A DNA stretch of 64,000 nucleotides from an uncultured delta proteobacterium (lineage in GTDB: Bacteria > Desulfobacterota > BSN033 > UBA1163). The stretch covers positions 896,001 through 960,000 of the forward strand of contig CAVPSJ010000004.1 in the NCBI GenBank assembly GCA_963708295.1. The letters run 5' to 3'. Position 1 is the stretch's first letter. Every line of letters begins with the position of its first letter. A model generated the notes under the pieces. It ran no database searches, was not told the origin of the DNA, and worked only from the letters and a program-made list of their open reading frames with translations. Shown here one piece after another: positions 39,844-51,592 of this stretch. The position numbers were made by a program, and so were the translations under genes.

Positions 39844-40860
39844 CTATCCAATGGCTCCGGATTCCATTTCCTCTTCAGATTTCTTGGGGGGCCAATTATC
39901 CAATTTCATTCCTAAACTGAGTCCCATCTCCGTCAAAATCTCCTTGATCTCGTTAAGAGATTTTCGGCCGAAGTTCTTGGTGGCCAGGATTTCCGCCTCT
40001 GTTTTTTGAACCAGATCGCCGATCAACTTAATGTTCGCATGCTTCAGGCAATTTGCGGACCGGACGGAGAGTTCGAGTTCATCCACACTTCGGAGGAGGT
40101 TTTCATTAAAGGCCTCCTTTTCCTCCTCATCTTCAGGATACGACATTTCCTCCTCTTCCTCTTCAAAGGTGATGAAGATGGAGAGTTGATCTTTCAAAAT
40201 CTTTGCCGAATGGGCGACGGCTTCCTCCGGATTCAAACTTCCATCGGTCCAGACCTCCAAGATCAGCTTGTCATAATCGGTGATCTGTCCCACGCGGGCA
40301 TTCGTCACGGCGTAATTCACCTTCTTGATCGGAGAAAAGATAGAGTCCATGGGAATGGTCCCAATCGGTTGGCCCTCTTCTTTATTGCGCTCTGCAGGGA
40401 CATACCCCCTCCCCATCTTCACCACCATCTCCATGGAAAGCTTGCCATCTCTCGAGAGCGTAGCAATATAATGGTCCGGGTTGAGAATTTCTACCGCATC
40501 GCCCGTAAGGATATCCCCCGCCTTCAGGACTTTGGGGCCCTCTGCCTTCACCCGGATGGTTTTCGGCCCTTCGGTATGAAGCTTTAACCGGACCTCTTTG
40601 AGGTTGAGAATGATCTCCGTGATATCTTCCTTGGTTCCGGGGATGGTCGAAAACTCATGGAGCACCCCGTCGACCTTAAGGGACGTGATCGCTCCCCCCT
40701 GCAAGGAAGAGAGGAGGATTCGTCGAAGGGAATTCCCGATGGTAATGCCGAAACCCCTTTCAAAGGGCTCCGCCGTAAACTTTCCATAAGTGGGTGTCAG
40801 CGTTTCTTTTTCTACTTCTAACCGTTTCGGTCGAATCAGGTCTTTCCAACTTTTTTGCAT
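39844..40860 (-). CDS. rpoA: RNA polymerase alpha subunit
   Basis: [35 protein letters not shown]. Confidence 0.98.
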   Translation of the reverse strand: MQKSWKDLIRPKRLEVEKETLTPTYGKFTAEPFERGFGITIGNSLRRILLSSLQGGAITSLKVDGVLHEFSTIPGTKEDITEIILNLKEVRLKLHTEGPKTIRVKAEGPKVLKAGDILTGDAVEILNPDHYIATLSRDGKLSMEMVVKMGRGYVPAERNKEEGQPIGTIPMDSIFSPIKKVNYAVTNARVGQITDYDKLILEVWTDGSLNPEEAVAHSAKILKDQLSIFITFEEEEEEMSYPEDEEEKEAFNENLLRSVDELELSVRSANCLKHANIKLIGDLVQKTEAEILATKNFGRKSLNEIKEILTEMGLSLGMKLDNWPPKKSEEEMESGAIG

Positions 40861-40872
40861 ATCGCCTCCAAA

Positions 40873-41499
40873 TCACTTCGAGTACAACTCGACGATCAAC
40901 TTCTCTTGGATGGGGAGCGTAACGTCTTCGCGGCTGGGCAGCCCCTTCATGCTCCCCTTCAGCTGATCTTTATCCAATTCCAGCCATTGGGGCACCCCTC
41001 GCCGTGCTACCCCTTCCAGAGCCTCAAGGACGCGTACCACCTTCTTACTCTTCTCTCGGATCTCGATGACATCTCCGGGTTTCACGAGATAGGAAGGAAT
41101 GTTTACTTTAGACTGATTGACTAGGAAATGATTATGCCGGACGAGCTGGCGTGCTTCGTCTCTTGAATTGGCAAAGCCGAGCCGGTAGACAATGTTGTCT
41201 AATCTCCTTTCCAAAAGAGCGAGGAGGGTTTCTCCGGTAATCCCCTTTTGTCGATCCGCCTCTTTAAAAATGTTGCGGAACTGGTTTTCCAAGATTCCGT
41301 AAATCCTTTTCACTTTCTGTTTTTCCCGAAGCTGGGTTCCGTATTCCGAGAATTTTTTCCGAGACTGGCCATGTTGTCCGGGAGGGTAATTCCTACGGTC
41401 GTACGCGCACTTCTCCGTATAGCATCTTTCTCCTTTGAGGAAGAGCTTGAGATTTTCCCTTCGACAAAGCCGACAATTCGTTTTCGTGTATCTTGCCAA
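40873..41499 (-). CDS. rpsD: 30S ribosomal protein S4 (Zn-binding Cys form)
   Basis: [30 protein letters not shown]. Confidence 0.98.
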   Translation of the reverse strand: MARYTKTNCRLCRRENLKLFLKGERCYTEKCAYDRRNYPPGQHGQSRKKFSEYGTQLREKQKVKRIYGILENQFRNIFKEADRQKGITGETLLALLERRLDNIVYRLGFANSRDEARQLVRHNHFLVNQSKVNIPSYLVKPGDVIEIREKSKKVVRVLEALEGVARRGVPQWLELDKDQLKGSMKGLPSREDVTLPIQEKLIVELYSK

Positions 41500-41532
41500 C
41501 GCAGTTCCTCCTAGTTTAATTCCATTGAACTT

Positions 41533-41639
41533 GATTACGAAGATTAAATAAAATATGATTACACCGATCGAGCCTCAAGATTACGCGGCCCAAAAACCTG
41601 TTTGAATCTGTGTAATCCCGTTTAGAAATCTGTGTAATC
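41533..41639. repeat. Inverted-repeat hairpin (GATTACAC / AATCTGTGTAATC units) at the rpsK-rpsD junction
   Basis: Three GATTAC units face two AATCTGTGTAATC copies; overlaps the rpsK stop codon. Confidence 0.75.
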
Positions 41640-42027
41640 AGACCCTCCTTCGCTTTGGGGGGCGACATCCGTTGTGGGGGATAGGCGTGACGTCCTTGAT
41701 GAGGTGGACTTTCAAGCCAGCCGCCTGAAGCGAGCGCAGGGCGGATTCCCTTCCAGCTCCCGGACCCTTCACATAGACATCAATCGATCGGACGCCTTGC
41801 TCCATGGCCTTTTTGGCAGCGTCGTCTGCTGCCATTTGCGCGGCAAAGGGGGTGCTTTTCCGAGAGCCCTTGAACCCTTGGGTGCCGGCGCTGGACCAGG
41901 TGATCACATTCCCCTCGGGATCGGTAATGGTGATGATGGTATTGTTGAACGTTGCCTGGATGTGAGCAACCCCAACCTGAATATTCTTTTTGACCTTCTT
42001 TTTCTTGATGGTCTGCCCCTTGGGCAT
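41638..42027 (-). CDS. rpsK: 30S ribosomal protein S11
   Basis: [32 protein letters not shown]. Confidence 0.98.
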   Translation of the reverse strand: MPKGQTIKKKKVKKNIQVGVAHIQATFNNTIITITDPEGNVITWSSAGTQGFKGSRKSTPFAAQMAADDAAKKAMEQGVRSIDVYVKGPGAGRESALRSLQAAGLKVHLIKDVTPIPHNGCRPPKRRRV

Positions 42028-42037
42028 AATCCCTCCT

Positions 42038-42421
42038 TTACTCTTTCTCTTTCTCTTTCTTCTTTCCGATGATGGCCCGGCGCGGTCCTTTTCGAGTCCG
42101 GGCATTGGTGTGGGTCCGTTGACCGTGTACGGGCAGAGATTTCCGATGGCGGAGTCCTCGGTAGGAGCCGATATCCATCAATCGTTTGATGTTGGTGGCA
42201 ACATCCCGCCTCAGATCCCCCTCCACCTTGTATTCCTGCTCAATAATATCTCGGATGCGGACCACCTCTGTTTCAGTGAGCTTGTTCACTTCGGTGTCTT
42301 TGTTGATGTTTAGTTTCTCAAGGATCTTATTCGAGGAGGGCCGTGCAATACCATAGATATAGGTCAAGGCGATCTCTACCCGTTTATCCTTTGGAAGGTC
42401 GACTCCTGCAATACGTGCCAT
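42038..42421 (-). CDS. rpsM: 30S ribosomal protein S13
   Basis: [29 protein letters not shown]. Confidence 0.98.
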   Translation of the reverse strand: MARIAGVDLPKDKRVEIALTYIYGIARPSSNKILEKLNINKDTEVNKLTETEVVRIRDIIEQEYKVEGDLRRDVATNIKRLMDIGSYRGLRHRKSLPVHGQRTHTNARTRKGPRRAIIGKKKEKEKE

Positions 42422-42437
42422 GGTTCACTCCTTGTTA

Positions 42438-42524
42438 GTGTCCGTGTTTAGTGTCAGTGTCACAATTTTATTAACGTCAGGAAAGAGCGTCTTCTTACCG
42501 ACACTATTCACTGACACTGACACC
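42438..42524. repeat. Hexamer-unit inverted-repeat hairpin (GTGTCA/TGACAC) at the rpmJ-rpsM junction
   Basis: GTGTCC GTGTTT AGTGTC AGTGTC ... GACACT ATTCACT GACACT GACAC. Confidence 0.75.
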
Positions 42525-42527
42525 GGT

Positions 42528-42641
42528 TCAGCCTTGTCTCTGTTTATGTTTGGGGTTCTCACAGATCACGCGGATCACCCCTTTTCGTTTCACAATCTTA
42601 CACTTGTCGCAGATTTTTTTGACCGAAGCTCTAACTTTCAC
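42528..42641 (-). CDS. rpmJ: 50S ribosomal protein L36
   Basis: Manual translation from GTG: [37 protein letters not shown]. Confidence 0.97.
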   Translation of the reverse strand: MKVRASVKKICDKCKIVKRKGVIRVICENPKHKQRQG

Positions 42642-42712
42642 CGTTTCTATCCTATTCTTGAAGAGATTGGATTCAAACTTTCAAGTCTCCCCTTTACGAA
42701 AGGGGGGCCTGT

Positions 42713-42931
<219 letters not shown>

Positions 42932-42949
42932 AACGTCCCCGTCCTCCCT

Positions 42950-43603
42950 CTATACGGGCGTCGCGTCTAATAGACGGATGATTTGATCAAAAATTTGATC
43001 GGGACCACCCACCCCCTGAATGGAGCGGAGCCTCTTCTTGCCTCGATAATACTCGATAAGAGGGGCGGTCTGCCTCTCATACTCCTTCAACCGTGTTCGG
43101 ATGGTTTCTTCTTTGTCGTCTGCACGTTGGTAAAGGATTCCCCCGCACCGGTCGCAAACCCCTTCTTTCTTGGGTGGCTGAAAAAGGACGTGAAACATGC
43201 CCCCGCAGTTTTTGCAGGTCCTCCTCCCCGTCAACCGGCGGATCAATTCCTCGGATTCCACTTCAATGTTGATGACATGGTCGATCGTCTTCCCGATTTT
43301 GGTGAGAATCGGCTGGAGCGCCTCGGCCTGCGGAATGGTCCTTGGAAATCCGTCAAGGATAAAACCCGGATGGCAATCCCTTTGCTCCAAGCGCTCCTCC
43401 ACGATTCCGATGACCACTTCATCCGGGACAAGTTGACCTTGATCCATAAATCCCTTTGCCTTCGCTCCCAAAGGAGTGCTCCCCTTCACCGCTGCCCTCA
43501 AGATATCTCCGGTAGAGATCTGAGGGAAGTGATATCTTTCGACGATTCTTTGGGCCTGAGTCCCTTTGCCTGCCCCAGGAGGGCCGAGTAAGATGAGATT
43601 CAT
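42950..43603 (-). CDS. adk: Adenylate kinase (Zn-lid type)
   Basis: GPPGAGKGTQA, ILDGFPRT, CxxC..CxxC lid. Confidence 0.98.
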   Translation of the reverse strand: MNLILLGPPGAGKGTQAQRIVERYHFPQISTGDILRAAVKGSTPLGAKAKGFMDQGQLVPDEVVIGIVEERLEQRDCHPGFILDGFPRTIPQAEALQPILTKIGKTIDHVINIEVESEELIRRLTGRRTCKNCGGMFHVLFQPPKKEGVCDRCGGILYQRADDKEETIRTRLKEYERQTAPLIEYYRGKKRLRSIQGVGGPDQIFDQIIRLLDATPV

Positions 43604-43610
43604 CGCGAAT

Positions 43611-44939
43611 TTATCCTCGTCTTCCCTTTAATCTGCCTTTTTTCATCAACCCTTCGTAGTGCCTTGAGAGCATATGGGCTTCAATCTGTTGGACGGTATC
43701 CAGGGCTACGCCAACCACGATCAAGAGCGATGTCCCCCCAAAATAGAAGGAGACTTTGAATTCACTATAAAGTAAGGTGGGCAGCACGCAGATGGCGGAG
43801 ACATAAATCGCGCCCCCGAGAGTGATCCGCGTAAGCACTTTATCAATATATTCAGCGGTTTTCTGTCCAGGACGGATGCCAGGGATATACCCTCCAAATT
43901 TCTTCATGTTATCGGCGACATCATTCGGGTTGAAGGTAACGGCCGTGTAAAAATAGCAAAAGAAGAAGATGAATCCTACATAGAGAAGGTTGTACAGGAG
44001 CGCCTGGGGGCCGAAATTCTTCAGAAGCGAATCAACCCATGGATGGGCGTCCAAGAATGGCTTGGGCAAAAAATTCACAATGGTCAGGGGGAACATCAGT
44101 ATTGAAGAAGCAAAAATCGGAGGGATGACGCCCGACGTGTTCAACTTGAGGGGAAGGTGGGTGCTCTGGCCACCATAAACCCTTCTTCCCACGATCCGCT
44201 TGGCGTATTGGACAGGCAGCCTCCGCTGACCGGTTTCAAAAAAGATAATCACGGCCACCACAAATATCATGAGGACAATCAAAAAAAGGACGGTGATGAT
44301 GCTCATCTGCCCCAGGCGGAAGTACTCGTACGTGCTGGCCACGGCATTGGGCATTCTGGCGACGATTCCTGCGAAGATAATCAGGGAGATCCCGTTCCCG
44401 ATCCCTCGTTCCGTAATCTGTTCGCCCAACCACATGATAAAGGCCGTCCCCGCGGTTAAGGTGATGACCGTCATGATTCGAAAAGACCAGCCTGGAGCCA
44501 TGACCACCATTTCCCCGGCCGCTCCACGCATATTCTCCAACCCGACAGCAATTCCAAAGCCCTGGATCATGCTGAGGACGACGGTTCCATAACGCGTGTA
44601 TTGAACGATCTTTTTTCTGCCCATCTCTCCTTCTTTCTGGAGCTGGGCGAGATAGGGAATGACCACGGTGAGAAGCTGAAGGATGATCGAGGCGCTGATA
44701 TACGGCATAATGCCCAAGGCAAAGACCGAGAGCCTCTCCAGGGCCCCTCCTGAAAACATATCGATGAGGCTGAAGAGTGTCCCTTTGGCCTGGGCAAAGA
44801 AAGAGGCTAATGCATCTCCGTTAATCCCGGGGGTGGGGATATGGACGCCAATACGATAGATCGCCAGAAAGGCAAGGCTCCAAAATATCCTCCTTTTGAG
44901 CTCGGGTATTTTAAAGATGTTCTGAGCCCCTGAAATCAT
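43611..44939 (-). CDS. secY: Preprotein translocase SecY
   Basis: [40 protein letters not shown]. Confidence 0.98.
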   Translation of the reverse strand: MISGAQNIFKIPELKRRIFWSLAFLAIYRIGVHIPTPGINGDALASFFAQAKGTLFSLIDMFSGGALERLSVFALGIMPYISASIILQLLTVVIPYLAQLQKEGEMGRKKIVQYTRYGTVVLSMIQGFGIAVGLENMRGAAGEMVVMAPGWSFRIMTVITLTAGTAFIMWLGEQITERGIGNGISLIIFAGIVARMPNAVASTYEYFRLGQMSIITVLFLIVLMIFVVAVIIFFETGQRRLPVQYAKRIVGRRVYGGQSTHLPLKLNTSGVIPPIFASSILMFPLTIVNFLPKPFLDAHPWVDSLLKNFGPQALLYNLLYVGFIFFFCYFYTAVTFNPNDVADNMKKFGGYIPGIRPGQKTAEYIDKVLTRITLGGAIYVSAICVLPTLLYSEFKVSFYFGGTSLLIVVGVALDTVQQIEAHMLSRHYEGLMKKGRLKGRRG

Positions 44940-45379
44940 GAGCCAATAACCTCCACCTTCCCCGAAACGCCTTCTACTTTCTTAAGTGCGGCCTTGCTGG
45001 CGTGATGGACACGGATGGTCAAAGGATGCTGAAGCTCTCCATCCGAGAGAAGCTTCACCGGTTCTTCCCTTTTTAGAAGGCCGGATTGGACAAGGAGATG
45101 GAGATCCACCACGGTATCCTTCGGGAAGCGATTGAGGTCTCTCACGTGGATGATGGCAAAGTGTTTCTTAAAGGGCGAATGAAAACCCCTTTTCGGAAGC
45201 CGTCGCTGAAGGGGCATCTGCCCTCCCTCAAAGCCCGCTTTGGTTCCCCTGCCGGAACGGGCATTCTGCCCTTTGGATCCCTTGCAGGCTGTTTTGCCAT
45301 GTCCGGACCCAACGCCTCTGCCTACTCGTTTGGGCTTTTTTGTGGCTCCTTTCGGCGGACTCAACTCATCTAATCTCAT
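44936..45379 (-). CDS. rplO: 50S ribosomal protein L15
   Basis: [22 protein letters not shown]. Confidence 0.97.
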   Translation of the reverse strand: MRLDELSPPKGATKKPKRVGRGVGSGHGKTACKGSKGQNARSGRGTKAGFEGGQMPLQRRLPKRGFHSPFKKHFAIIHVRDLNRFPKDTVVDLHLLVQSGLLKREEPVKLLSDGELQHPLTIRVHHASKAALKKVEGVSGKVEVIGS

Positions 45380-45396
45380 TCCTGTTCCCCTTATGA

Positions 45397-45576
45397 TTAT
45401 TTCTTCACTTCTAACAGATGGTTGACACAGTCAATCATCCCCCGAATCTCGGGTCGGTCGGGCAAAGTGAGCGTTTGGTGGAGCCGTTTGAATCCAAGAC
45501 CCCGAAGGGTCTCTCTCTGATCGCGGGTTCTCCCGATCGCACTCCTAACCCACTTGACGGTAATTGTTTTCTCCAT
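45397..45576 (-). CDS. rpmD: 50S ribosomal protein L30
   Basis: Manual translation MEKTITVKWVRSAIGR..TLRGLG..PEIRGMI..V.HLL (59 aa). Confidence 0.95.
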   Translation of the reverse strand: MEKTITVKWVRSAIGRTRDQRETLRGLGFKRLHQTLTLPDRPEIRGMIDCVNHLLEVKK

Positions 45577-45588
45577 AGCGGTCCCCTA

Positions 45589-46089
45589 TTAGTTTTCCGT
45601 CGCCGGCTCGCGTCTCTTATCGATGACCTCTTCAGGAGTCTTTAATTGATTGATTCCTTGGAGGGTGGCTTTGATGAGATTGTACGGGTTGTTCGATCCG
45701 AGAGATTTTGTCAAAATGTTTTGGATCCCTGCAGACTCAGCAATGGCCCTGACGGCTGCACCGGCGATCACCCCCGTTCCTTCGGAGGCTGGCTTGAGCA
45801 TGACTCTTGCTGCTCCAAATCTCCCCAATACCTCAAAGGGGATCGTTTTATTGATGATGGGAACCTTGGTCAAGTTCCTTTTCGCGTGTTCAATCCCTTT
45901 TCGAATGGCCTCCGGGACTTCATTGGCTTTCCCCAGCCCGCTCCCCACGTAGCCGTTTCCATCCCCAACCACCACCAGGGCGCTGAAGCTGAAGCGTCTT
46001 CCTCCCTTGACCACCTTGGCCACTCGGTTGATATGAACCACTCGGTCGGTTAGTTCCAAAGTACTTGGATCAATTTTCGGCAATGTCAT
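45589..46089 (-). CDS. rpsE: 30S ribosomal protein S5
   Basis: [23 protein letters not shown]. Confidence 0.98.
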   Translation of the reverse strand: MTLPKIDPSTLELTDRVVHINRVAKVVKGGRRFSFSALVVVGDGNGYVGSGLGKANEVPEAIRKGIEHAKRNLTKVPIINKTIPFEVLGRFGAARVMLKPASEGTGVIAGAAVRAIAESAGIQNILTKSLGSNNPYNLIKATLQGINQLKTPEEVIDKRREPATEN

Positions 46090-46097
46090 TCCCTCCG

Positions 46098-46460
46098 TTA
46101 AAAGGTCAAACCACTGGCTCTGGCGGCATCGGCTAAGGCCTTAATCCTGCCATGATAAAGATACCCGCTTCGATCAAAAACCACTTTTTGAATCCCCTTT
46201 TCAAGGCACTTCCTGGCAATGAGTTCTCCAACTTTCTTTGCCGCTTCCACATTCCCTGGACTACGAACACTGCTTTTCAGTTCAGAGCTCAGGGTGGAGG
46301 CGCTGGCGAGGGTTTTCCCCGTCGTATCCTCAATGGCTTGAACATAAATATGTTTTAAACTTCGGAAGACATTGAGACGAGGACGGTCAGAAGTTCCGAC
46401 GACACGACTCCTCACTCTCTTTTTCCTTTTCAATCTGGCTAGCTTCTTTCTGTCTTTCAA
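46098..46460 (-). CDS. rplR: 50S ribosomal protein L18
   Basis: [22 protein letters not shown]. Confidence 0.97.
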   Translation of the reverse strand: MKDRKKLARLKRKKRVRSRVVGTSDRPRLNVFRSLKHIYVQAIEDTTGKTLASASTLSSELKSSVRSPGNVEAAKKVGELIARKCLEKGIQKVVFDRSGYLYHGRIKALADAARASGLTF

Positions 46461-46498
46461 GGCGTTCCTCCCCCGTCTAAGCGGGACGGGTTTCTTCT

Positions 46499-47035
46499 CT
46501 AAGCTTTGGTCTTACCGACTTTTTTACGGATTCGTTCACCCTGATATCTCACACCCTTTCCCTTGTAGGGTTCGGGTGGTTTAATCGAACGAAGTTGGGC
46601 GGCAACGACTCCCACCTGTTGTCTGTCAATCCCTTTCACGGCGAGGAGAGTTTGTTTCTCTATTTCCACCTTGATCCCCTTGGGAAGGGGATAGAGGATG
46701 GGATGAGAAAATCCCAGGGTGAGTTTGAGGGTGCTGCCCTGAAGCTCTGCACGGAAACCCACTCCAACGATTTCAAGCTTCTTTTCAAATCCCTTCGTTA
46801 CGCCGGTAACCATGTTTGCGACGAGACTGCGCGTTAGTCCCTGAAGCGCTCTGGAGGTCCTTTGGTCGTTGGCACGGTGAACGAGGATCCTTCCTCCATC
46901 GACGGAAACGGAAATTCCCTGAGGAAGCAAATGGGCGAGGAGACCTTTGGGCCCGGTCACCTCGACCTTTGAGGCATCCGAGGCGACCTTCACTTCCTTC
47001 GGTATGGGTACGGGCATCCTTCCAATACGAGACAT
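46499..47035 (-). CDS. rplF: 50S ribosomal protein L6
   Basis: [17 protein letters not shown]. Confidence 0.97.
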   Translation of the reverse strand: MSRIGRMPVPIPKEVKVASDASKVEVTGPKGLLAHLLPQGISVSVDGGRILVHRANDQRTSRALQGLTRSLVANMVTGVTKGFEKKLEIVGVGFRAELQGSTLKLTLGFSHPILYPLPKGIKVEIEKQTLLAVKGIDRQQVGVVAAQLRSIKPPEPYKGKGVRYQGERIRKKVGKTKA

Positions 47036-47045
47036 GTTATACCTC

Positions 47046-47157
47046 AAGCTCAAATGACAAAGTTCAAATTTCAAATCAAATCCAAAACTCAAATGTCAGA
47101 AATCTTAGTTTTGGGCTTTGACATTCATTTGACATTTGGATTTTGACATTTGAAATT
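47046..47157. repeat. Heptamer-unit inverted-repeat hairpin (CAAATGT/ACATTTG family) at the rpsH-rplF junction
   Basis: CAAATGA CAAAGTT CAAATTT CAAAT.. versus TTTGACA TTTGGAT TTTGACA TTTGAAA. Confidence 0.8.
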
Positions 47158-47165
47158 AAGAATTC

Positions 47166-47564
47166 TTACCATATTTGACAAAGAACCTCTCCCCCCACAT
47201 CCGCCTTTCGGGCAGATTTATCCGTCAGGATTCCCTTGGAGGTCGAGAGGATCGAAAGTCCCAACCCGCTCATGACAGAGGGAATGCTATCTTTTCCCAC
47301 GTAGACCCTCCGCCCCGGTTTGCTGATCCGCCGGAGATGGATGACCTCCTTCCGGGCGACATCATACTTGAGAAAGATTCGGATCATCTCGTGTTGTTGA
47401 TCATCTGTGACGACTTTGAAGTTCTTTACAAACCCTTCCTCCTTTAGAATCTTCGCGATCTCTCGTTTCATTTTAGAAGAGGGGACATCCACCTTTTCGA
47501 ATTTCGCTTTAGACCCGTTGCGAATTCGTGTAAACATATCTGCGATTGGATCTGTCATGGACAT
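47166..47564 (-). CDS. rpsH: 30S ribosomal protein S8
   Basis: [30 protein letters not shown]. Confidence 0.97.
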   Translation of the reverse strand: MSMTDPIADMFTRIRNGSKAKFEKVDVPSSKMKREIAKILKEEGFVKNFKVVTDDQQHEMIRIFLKYDVARKEVIHLRRISKPGRRVYVGKDSIPSVMSGLGLSILSTSKGILTDKSARKADVGGEVLCQIW

Positions 47565-47581
47565 ACGAACTCCCACACCTT

Positions 47582-47767
47582 TCACCAGCTGGATTTGATC
47601 ATCCCGGGGATCTCGCCTCGGGAGGCATACTTTCTGAGACAGAGTCGGCACATATCAAATTTCCGGTAATACGCCCTCGCCCTTCCGCAGAGAGGACATC
47701 GATGGTATTCACGGACCTTAAATTTCTGATGTCTTTTTGCCTTATTCATCAAAGAAAGCTTAGCCAA
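47582..47767 (-). CDS. rpsN: 30S ribosomal protein S14 (type Z)
   Basis: RCPLCGR..CRLCLR..PG..KSSW. Confidence 0.97.
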   Translation of the reverse strand: MAKLSLMNKAKRHQKFKVREYHRCPLCGRARAYYRKFDMCRLCLRKYASRGEIPGMIKSSW

Positions 47768-47833
47768 TTGTTCCTCCCGGTCATCTCTTCTCCCCTGCGA
47801 GGACGGTTTGAAACCGTTGTCCCCAAGGGGGAT

Positions 47834-48373
47834 TTAGTTTTTGAAGGGCATTCCCAGCAATTTCAACAATTCCCTTCCTTCTTCATCCGTTTTAGCCGTA
47901 GTCACGATGACAATGTTCATCCCTTTCATCTTGTCAATCTTATCGTAATGAATTTCCGGAAAGATCAGCTGCTCACGAATTCCAAGGGAATAATTTCCCC
48001 TTCCGTCGAAGGATTTTCCGGAGAGACCCTTGAAGTCCCGCACTCTTGGCAGAGCGACATTGACTAAGCGATTGAAAAATTCGTACATCCTTTCTTTCCG
48101 AAGGGTCACCATGCATCCTATCGGCATTCCCGTCCTCAATTTGAACTGAGCGATGGATTTTTTCGCCTTCGTAATGACAGACTTCTGTCCCGTAATCTGA
48201 TTGAGTTCCTGGGTCGCAGAGTCGAGAATCTTCACGTTCTGGATGGCTTCCCCCAGTCCCATGTTGATCACAATCTTCTCCAGCCGGGGAACTTCCATTC
48301 CGTTCTTATAGTTGAACCGCTTGATCAGCGCCGGGACCGCTTTTTCCTGGTAGACCTCTTTGAATTTAGCCAT
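47834..48373 (-). CDS. rplE: 50S ribosomal protein L5
   Basis: [23 protein letters not shown]. Confidence 0.98.
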   Translation of the reverse strand: MAKFKEVYQEKAVPALIKRFNYKNGMEVPRLEKIVINMGLGEAIQNVKILDSATQELNQITGQKSVITKAKKSIAQFKLRTGMPIGCMVTLRKERMYEFFNRLVNVALPRVRDFKGLSGKSFDGRGNYSLGIREQLIFPEIHYDKIDKMKGMNIVIVTTAKTDEEGRELLKLLGMPFKN

Positions 48374-48381
48374 TCGTTCAC

Positions 48382-48711
48382 CTACTTATCCAAGAGTTCG
48401 CCGCATTTTCGACAGAACCGCGCCTTTTTACCGTCTTCCATGACGCGGTGTCCGATTCGAATGGGTTTATTGCATTTCTCGCAAAGAAGCATCACATTGG
48501 AAACATGGAGCGGCGACTCCTTTTCCAGAATCCCTCCCTGCCTCTGTTTCCCGTGGGGGCGGGCATGCCTCTTGACGAAATTAATCTTTTCAATCAGCAC
48601 CTTTGCCTTCTCGGGAAGGACCTTCAAAACCCGACCACTCTTCCCCTTCTCTTTTCCGTTGATGACCATCACGAGGTCATTCTTTTTGATGTGATATTTT
48701 GGAACGATCAT
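48382..48711 (-). CDS. rplX: 50S ribosomal protein L24
   Basis: IKKNDLV..GKEKGK.G.V, E.PLHVSNV. Confidence 0.97.
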   Translation of the reverse strand: MIVPKYHIKKNDLVMVINGKEKGKSGRVLKVLPEKAKVLIEKINFVKRHARPHGKQRQGGILEKESPLHVSNVMLLCEKCNKPIRIGHRVMEDGKKARFCRKCGELLDK

Positions 48712-48783
48712 TTCAAATCCCTTTTCACCCGCTGACCCGCTTGTCCCCTCGACGGGAGCGGGGACAGGAGAGGCAAACTGTTC

Positions 48784-49152
48784 TTAGAGGACCTCCGGAG
48801 CCAAGGAGATGATTTTCATAAACCTCTTGGCTCGAAGTTCTCGAGCCACCGGACCAAAAATTCGGGTTCCCACAGGATCCCCCTGGGGATTGATGAGGAC
48901 TGCGGAGTTATCATCAAACTTGATGTAAGAACCATCCAGACGTTTCACTTCTTTCCTCGTCCGGACGATGACCGCACGAGCCACATCCCCTTTCCTAATT
49001 TTAGAATTGGGGAGGGCATCTTTGACAGAGACAATAATAATATCTCCCAAGGTGGCGTATTTCCGACGAGTTCCGCCGAGGACCTTAATGCATCCCAATT
49101 TCTTGGCTCCCGAATTATCGGCGACTTCGAGGATACTCCGCATCTGAATCAT
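48784..49152 (-). CDS. rplN: 50S ribosomal protein L14
   Basis: [26 protein letters not shown]. Confidence 0.98.
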   Translation of the reverse strand: MIQMRSILEVADNSGAKKLGCIKVLGGTRRKYATLGDIIIVSVKDALPNSKIRKGDVARAVIVRTRKEVKRLDGSYIKFDDNSAVLINPQGDPVGTRIFGPVARELRAKRFMKIISLAPEVL

Positions 49153-49165
49153 GATCCACTCCCCT

Positions 49166-49246
49166 TTGGAAGGTGGAAAGTGGTAAGGGGTAAGTGGAAA
49201 AGTACTTCTTCAGACGACTTTCCACAATCCACCTTCAACTTTCCAA
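49166..49246. repeat. Heptamer-unit inverted-repeat hairpin (TGGAAAG/CTTTCCA) at the rpsQ-rplN junction
   Basis: TGGAAGG TGGAAAG TGGTAAG GGGTAAG TGGAAAA versus CTTTCCA CAATCCA CCTTCAA CTTTCCA. Confidence 0.75.
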
Positions 49247-49250
49247 TTGG

Positions 49251-49508
49251 TTAAGCGGCCCGTTCAAGAACTTCCTTGACACGCCACCTTTTCTCTTTGC
49301 TTAGCGGACGGGTCTCGGTCAAAAGGACCTTGTCTCCAATATGGCATTCATTCTTCTCGTCGTGAGCCTTGACCTTCGTCCTCTTTCGAATATATTTCTT
49401 ATAGACAGGATGACGGACGAGGCGATTGACCATGACGACGATCGTCTTGTCCATCTTATCGCTCGCGACCACGCCCGTTAACGTTTTCCGCTTGCCTCTC
49501 TCTTCCAT
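49251..49508 (-). CDS. rpsQ: 30S ribosomal protein S17
   Basis: SDKMDKT, HPVYKK, ETRPLSK. Confidence 0.97.
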   Translation of the reverse strand: MEERGKRKTLTGVVASDKMDKTIVVMVNRLVRHPVYKKYIRKRTKVKAHDEKNECHIGDKVLLTETRPLSKEKRWRVKEVLERAA

Positions 49509-49513
49509 GGGCT

Positions 49514-49714
49514 TTATCTTCCTTTATCCGGAGTCTTCTCCTTTAAGATCGTCTTCACCCGTGCGAAGTCCCGCTTGACCTGAGGGATTCGCATCACATT
49601 ATCCAGCTGTCCTGTGGCATGCTGAAAGCGAAGATTAAAGAGCTCCTCACCGAGTTCCTTCTCCTTGATAAGCAACTCCCCTTCGCTGAGTTGGCGAAGC
49701 TCCTTGGCTTTCAT
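49514..49714 (-). CDS. rpmC: 50S ribosomal protein L29
   Basis: [19 protein letters not shown]. Confidence 0.97.
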   Translation of the reverse strand: MKAKELRQLSEGELLIKEKELGEELFNLRFQHATGQLDNVMRIPQVKRDFARVKTILKEKTPDKGR

Positions 49715-50127
49715 AAATGGCTCCCCCGCATGATGAATTTTGTATGGAGGGGCAATTTATGAGAGGCGAGAAGGAATGCCTCCTTGGCGCTTTCTTCGGA
49801 AACCCCTTCCATCTCATAAAGAATCCGGCCCGGACGAATTACGGCGACCCAATCTTCGGGAGCACCCTTTCCTTTTCCCATCCGGGTTTCGGCAGGCTTT
49901 TTCGTAATCGGTTTGTCCGGGAAGATCCGAATCCAGATACGGCCGGTTCGCTTGATGAATCGGGTCATGGCAATTCGAGCGGCTTCAATCTGACGGGAAG
50001 TCAACCAACCGCATTCTACCGCCTGCAGTCCGAAGTCGCCAAAGTTAAGGGTATTTCCCCGGGAAGCCACTCCTCTTCTTTTTCCCTTTTGTTGTTTTCG
50101 ATATTTCGTCTTCTTTGGCATCAACAT
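49711..50127 (-). CDS. rplP: 50S ribosomal protein L16
   Basis: [18 protein letters not shown]. Confidence 0.98.
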   Translation of the reverse strand: MLMPKKTKYRKQQKGKRRGVASRGNTLNFGDFGLQAVECGWLTSRQIEAARIAMTRFIKRTGRIWIRIFPDKPITKKPAETRMGKGKGAPEDWVAVIRPGRILYEMEGVSEESAKEAFLLASHKLPLHTKFIMRGSHL

Positions 50128-50146
50128 AATTCAATCACCTAAATAA

Positions 50147-50267
50147 AATTTCAAATGTCAAAAACCAAATATCAAAGGAATGTCAAATGCGTCAATGCAA
50201 AAATATTTTCTGTTTGAAATTTGAGTTTTGACATTGATTTGAACTTTGAAATTTGTCATTAGAGATT
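50147..50267. repeat. Heptamer-unit inverted-repeat hairpin (CAAATGT family) at the rpsC-rplP junction
   Basis: TTCAAATGTCAAAAACCAAATATCAAA.. versus TTTGACATTGATTTGAACTTTGAAATTTGTCATT. Same family as 47046-47157; abuts the rpsC stop. Confidence 0.8.
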
Positions 50268-50928
50268 ACGCTGCTTTATCTTCTCCCTCTTTTGTCGGGA
50301 AGACTTCTCCCTTGAAGATCCAGACCTTCACTCCGATGATCCCATAAGTGGTCTTAGCTTGCGCTACGCCGAAGTCGATATCCGCCCGCAGGGTGTGAAG
50401 GGGTACTCGACCCTCCCGATACCATTCTCTCCGGGCCATTTCCGCCCCACCCAATCTTCCTCCACACGCAATCTTGATTCCCTTTGCGCCCAGTTTCAGT
50501 GCGGAAGTGACCGCCTTCTTCATGGCCCTTCGAAATCCAACCCGTCTTTCCAACTGAAGAGCTACGTTTTCAGCCACGAGTTGGGCGTCGATCTCTGCCC
50601 TCTTGACCTCTTGGATATTAATGAAAATCTCTTTTTCGGTCCTCTTTTGGAGCTCCTTCTTCAGGTTTTCCACCTCTGCTCCCTTTTTCCCGATGATGAT
50701 GCCGGGCCGGGCGGTGAAGATGGTGACTTTCGCCTTTTTGGCTTTGCTGGCAGCCCGCTCGATCTCGATCTTGGAGACCCCGGCGTGGTAGAGTTTTTTC
50801 TTGAGATAGTCACGGATTCGGATATCCTCAATGAGGAGTTGGGGATAATCCTTCTCTGCATACCAGCGGGAATCCCAGGACTTAATGATTCCCAGTCGAA
50901 AACTGATCGGATTTACTTTCTGTCCCAA
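50266..50928 (-). CDS. rpsC: 30S ribosomal protein S3
   Basis: TTG start, [25 protein letters not shown]. Confidence 0.97.
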   Translation of the reverse strand: MGQKVNPISFRLGIIKSWDSRWYAEKDYPQLLIEDIRIRDYLKKKLYHAGVSKIEIERAASKAKKAKVTIFTARPGIIIGKKGAEVENLKKELQKRTEKEIFINIQEVKRAEIDAQLVAENVALQLERRVGFRRAMKKAVTSALKLGAKGIKIACGGRLGGAEMARREWYREGRVPLHTLRADIDFGVAQAKTTYGIIGVKVWIFKGEVFPTKEGEDKAA

Positions 50929-50944
50929 GGTTCGTCCTCCTGTA

Positions 50945-51283
50945 CTAGCTTCGTCCCTCGTCCAAGACGATCGTAATGTGGCTGGTTCTCTTCCGGATCG
51001 TGGTGGCACGGCCTAAGGCTCTAGGTTGAAAACGTTTCAACGTCGGCCCCTGATCCACCGTAATCTTCTTCACGTAAAGGCGATCGACGTCTATGTTCTT
51101 CTTCTGGGTTGCGTTGGCGATGGCCGATTTTAGCAACTTGATGACGATCCTAGCCGCTGCCTTCTTTGTAAAAGTCAGAATATTTAAAGCCTCTTCCGAC
51201 CTCTTGCCCCGGATCAGATCGGCAACCAGTTGTGCCTTTCTGGGCCCAACCCGAACAAATCTTAATTTTGCTTTCACTTCCAT
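50945..51283 (-). CDS. rplV: 50S ribosomal protein L22
   Basis: [20 protein letters not shown]. Confidence 0.97.
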   Translation of the reverse strand: MEVKAKLRFVRVGPRKAQLVADLIRGKRSEEALNILTFTKKAAARIVIKLLKSAIANATQKKNIDVDRLYVKKITVDQGPTLKRFQPRALGRATTIRKRTSHITIVLDEGRS

Positions 51284-51298
51284 CTCACCCTTCACCCG

Positions 51299-51592
51299 CT
51301 AGGGAGTTGTTTTCCCTTTGACTTTGGTTTTCCGGTCTCCGGAATGGCCGTGGAAGGTTCGGGTGGGGGAGAATTCCCCCAACTTGTGTCCGACCATTTC
51401 CTCGGTCACGAAGACCGGGATAAACTTTTTCCCGTTATGGACCGCAAACGTCAAGCCGACCATTTCAGGGACAACCGTGGATCGCCTCGTCCAGGTCTTG
51501 ATCACTCTCGCTTCCTTCGTCCTCCGGGCCTCCTCCACTTTTTTTATCAAATGGGAATCCACAAAAGGCCCCTTTTTGATTGAACGGGCCAT
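51299..51592 (-). CDS. rpsS: 30S ribosomal protein S19
   Basis: [23 protein letters not shown]. Confidence 0.98.
   Translation of the reverse strand: MARSIKKGPFVDSHLIKKVEEARRTKEARVIKTWTRRSTVVPEMVGLTFAVHNGKKFIPVFVTEEMVGHKLGEFSPTRTFHGHSGDRKTKVKGKTTP

Noticed and set aside
48722-48776. Possible octamer hairpin at the rplN-rplX junction
   Set aside because: It resembles the hairpin class but the arms are too short and degenerate to call with confidence.
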